Origin: Alphaproteobacteria bacterium
GTDB taxonomy: Bacteria; Pseudomonadota; Alphaproteobacteria; UBA8317
Length of the DNA: 11,183 nucleotides
Assembly: GCA_038131935.1 (NCBI GenBank)
Contig: JAYPQH010000042.1
Location: 1 to 11,183 of the forward strand
Direction: 5' to 3'
This document shows positions 9,999-11,183 of this stretch, piece after piece (position 1 is the stretch's first letter; the number at the start of each line of letters is the position of its first letter). The notes beneath the pieces are model-generated. The model ran no database searches. It saw only the letters and a program-made list of their open reading frames with translations, and was not told the origin of the DNA. A program made the translations under genes and the position numbers.

Positions 9999-10649
9999 TC
10001 AAAAAACAAAACTAGGTTTCTTATGGAACATTGGCAAAGATGGCGCAAACATTTCGTCAATATTTTTTCTCGAAATTGCATTATTTACTTTTTTGACGAC
10101 CATTAATCGTGCCAAATTACCCAATGGCTCAAAGTAAGCGAGTCGCCCTCCTTCTGCCAATTGTGCAAAAAGCTCAGATGGGAATTCTTCACAAGCTCCA
10201 TTAACCATGATGCAGTCATAAGGCGCTTGCTCTGGCAATCCATTTTTAAGGTCACCATGTAACAAAACCACGTTATTAATTTCCAAATTTGATAGTATAT
10301 TTTGGCCTTTTTCAACCAATGTTTGATCACATTCTAGTGCAAGCACTGTGGCTGCCTGACGTGCAGCAATTGAAGAAGAATAACCCGTGCATGCTCCTAC
10401 ATCCAAGACTACTTCGTGGCTGGCAATTTCCAAACTCTGAACCAGTCTACCTTGTACAGACGCCGTGAGCATAAAACGTCCACCAACAAAAGACTGAACA
10501 TCATCAACGTAAGCGAGTGATCTTCGCTCATCTGAAACAAAAAATTCCCTTGGCACGTCTGACATAGCATCAATGATTTGTTGGTTTATAACATCAAAAG
10601 GAATGACTTGGCTTGCCACCATTGCTTCACGCTGAATTGAAAAATTCAT
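9999..10649 (-). CDS. pcm: Protein-L-isoaspartate O-methyltransferase family protein
   Basis: QREAMVASQV, AMSDVPREFFV, LAYVD, SAM motif VLDVGACTGYSS, QAPYDCIMVNGA, QLAEGGRL. RBS GGAGG at 10664-10660. Lies upstream of tolC, as is usual in Alphaproteobacteria. Confidence 0.92.
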   Translation of the reverse strand: MNFSIQREAMVASQVIPFDVINQQIIDAMSDVPREFFVSDERRSLAYVDDVQSFVGGRFMLTASVQGRLVQSLEIASHEVVLDVGACTGYSSSIAARQAATVLALECDQTLVEKGQNILSNLEINNVVLLHGDLKNGLPEQAPYDCIMVNGACEEFPSELFAQLAEGGRLAYFEPLGNLARLMVVKKVNNAISRKNIDEMFAPSLPMFHKKPSFVF

Positions 10650-10765
10650 CTTTGATTATCCTCCATAAAAACTACGAACATATATGCCACATCAAAAAAC
10701 CACACGCTACACAATACCGTCCATTGCAAATTATCTTAAGCTAGTGATAAAGAAATTCTTCTGTC

Positions 10766-10839
10766 GGCGACATGGCGGAGTGGTTACGCAGAGGACTGCA
10801 AATCCTTGTACCCCGGTTCGATTCCGGGTGTCGCCTCCA
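10766..10839 (+). tRNA. tRNA-Cys(GCA)
   Basis: 74-nt cloverleaf: acceptor GGCGACA/TGTCGCC, anticodon arm GAGGA-CTGCAAA-TCCTT, T arm CCCGG-TTCGATT-CCGGG, U73 discriminator and encoded CCA. Confidence 0.98.
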
Positions 10840-10890
10840 GTTTTATGTGTCAGGTACACTTTAGCGTGCTTAGGCTACACCTGAAGGGTC

Positions 10891-10919
10891 TTGGCAATAT
10901 GTAAGTGCACTGGTATAGA
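10891..10919 (+). promoter_or_regulatory. Candidate sigma70 promoter for the second tRNA gene
   Basis: TTGGCA (10891-10896), 17-nt spacer, TATAGA (10914-10919), ending 14 nt before the tRNA-like 5' end. Confidence 0.5.
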
Positions 10920-10933
10920 CGCTCTTTAGGTAT

Positions 10934-11011
10934 TCCGGCGTGGCGCAGCGGTAGCGCAGCGGCTTTACACGCCGTTGGTCGGGGGTTCGAATCCCTCTTC
11001 GATTAAGACCA
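10934..11011 (+). tRNA. Aberrant or mosaic tRNA: Asn-like 5' body, Val(TAC) anticodon, broken acceptor stem (pseudo-tRNA or misassembly)
   Basis: D arm GCGC-AGCGGTA-GCGC, anticodon arm GCGGC-TTTACAC-GCCGT (TAC at 10966-10968) and T arm GGGGG-TTCGAAT-CCCTC all pair. 5' TCCGGCG does not pair with 3' TTCGATT. CCA at 11009-11011 lies 3 nt further out than canonical. Confidence 0.75.
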
Positions 11012-11183
11012 TAATCTTTCACTTACTTAGTTTTTCAAAAAAGCCCGTATTGTTTTCCCGCAACCAGAAACAATCATATCGTTCCCATGAAAATCAGGCA
11101 GTAAAAGGGGGGTAGATGGATAGAATTTTCCGTTTTCACTCAATTTGAAATTCCATAATTCATCGCCAGATTCACCACACAAG

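Noticed and set aside
10724-10751. Promoter for tRNA-Cys (TTGCAA-N16-GATAAA)
   Set aside because: Plausible position, but the -10 match is too weak in AT-rich DNA to call.
10684-10884. 66-aa ORF on +
   Set aside because: It spans tRNA-Cys; the GGVVTQRTANPCTPVRFR peptide is just the translated tRNA.
1-11183. CRISPR array, IS element, prophage or long tandem repeats
   Set aside because: No repeat-spacer periodicity, terminal repeats, or transposase/integrase/phage motifs seen by eye.

Overview
Core-genome segment of an Alphaproteobacterium, inferred from gene order and protein motifs. Left to right: argS (partial, -), dgt dGTPase (-), erpA/HesB Fe-S carrier (+), xth (+), a divergent IlvD/Edd-family dehydratase (+), valS (-), an unrecognised 83-aa ORF (-) in the slot usually held by popZ, tolC (-), pcm (-), tRNA-Cys(GCA) (+), and an aberrant tRNA-like gene with a tRNA-Asn-like 5' body, a Val(TAC) anticodon loop and an unpaired acceptor stem. 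argS, xth, ilvD, valS and tolC are all broken by small indels or one in-frame stop, several at homopolymers. Because essential synthetases are hit, these are most likely long-read consensus errors, so every fine-scale observation needs checking against raw reads. No integrase, transposase, CRISPR array or clearly novel multi-gene system is visible. The best leads are the Asn/Val mosaic tRNA with a possible island edge behind it, the orphan ORF in the popZ position, and the atypical IlvD.
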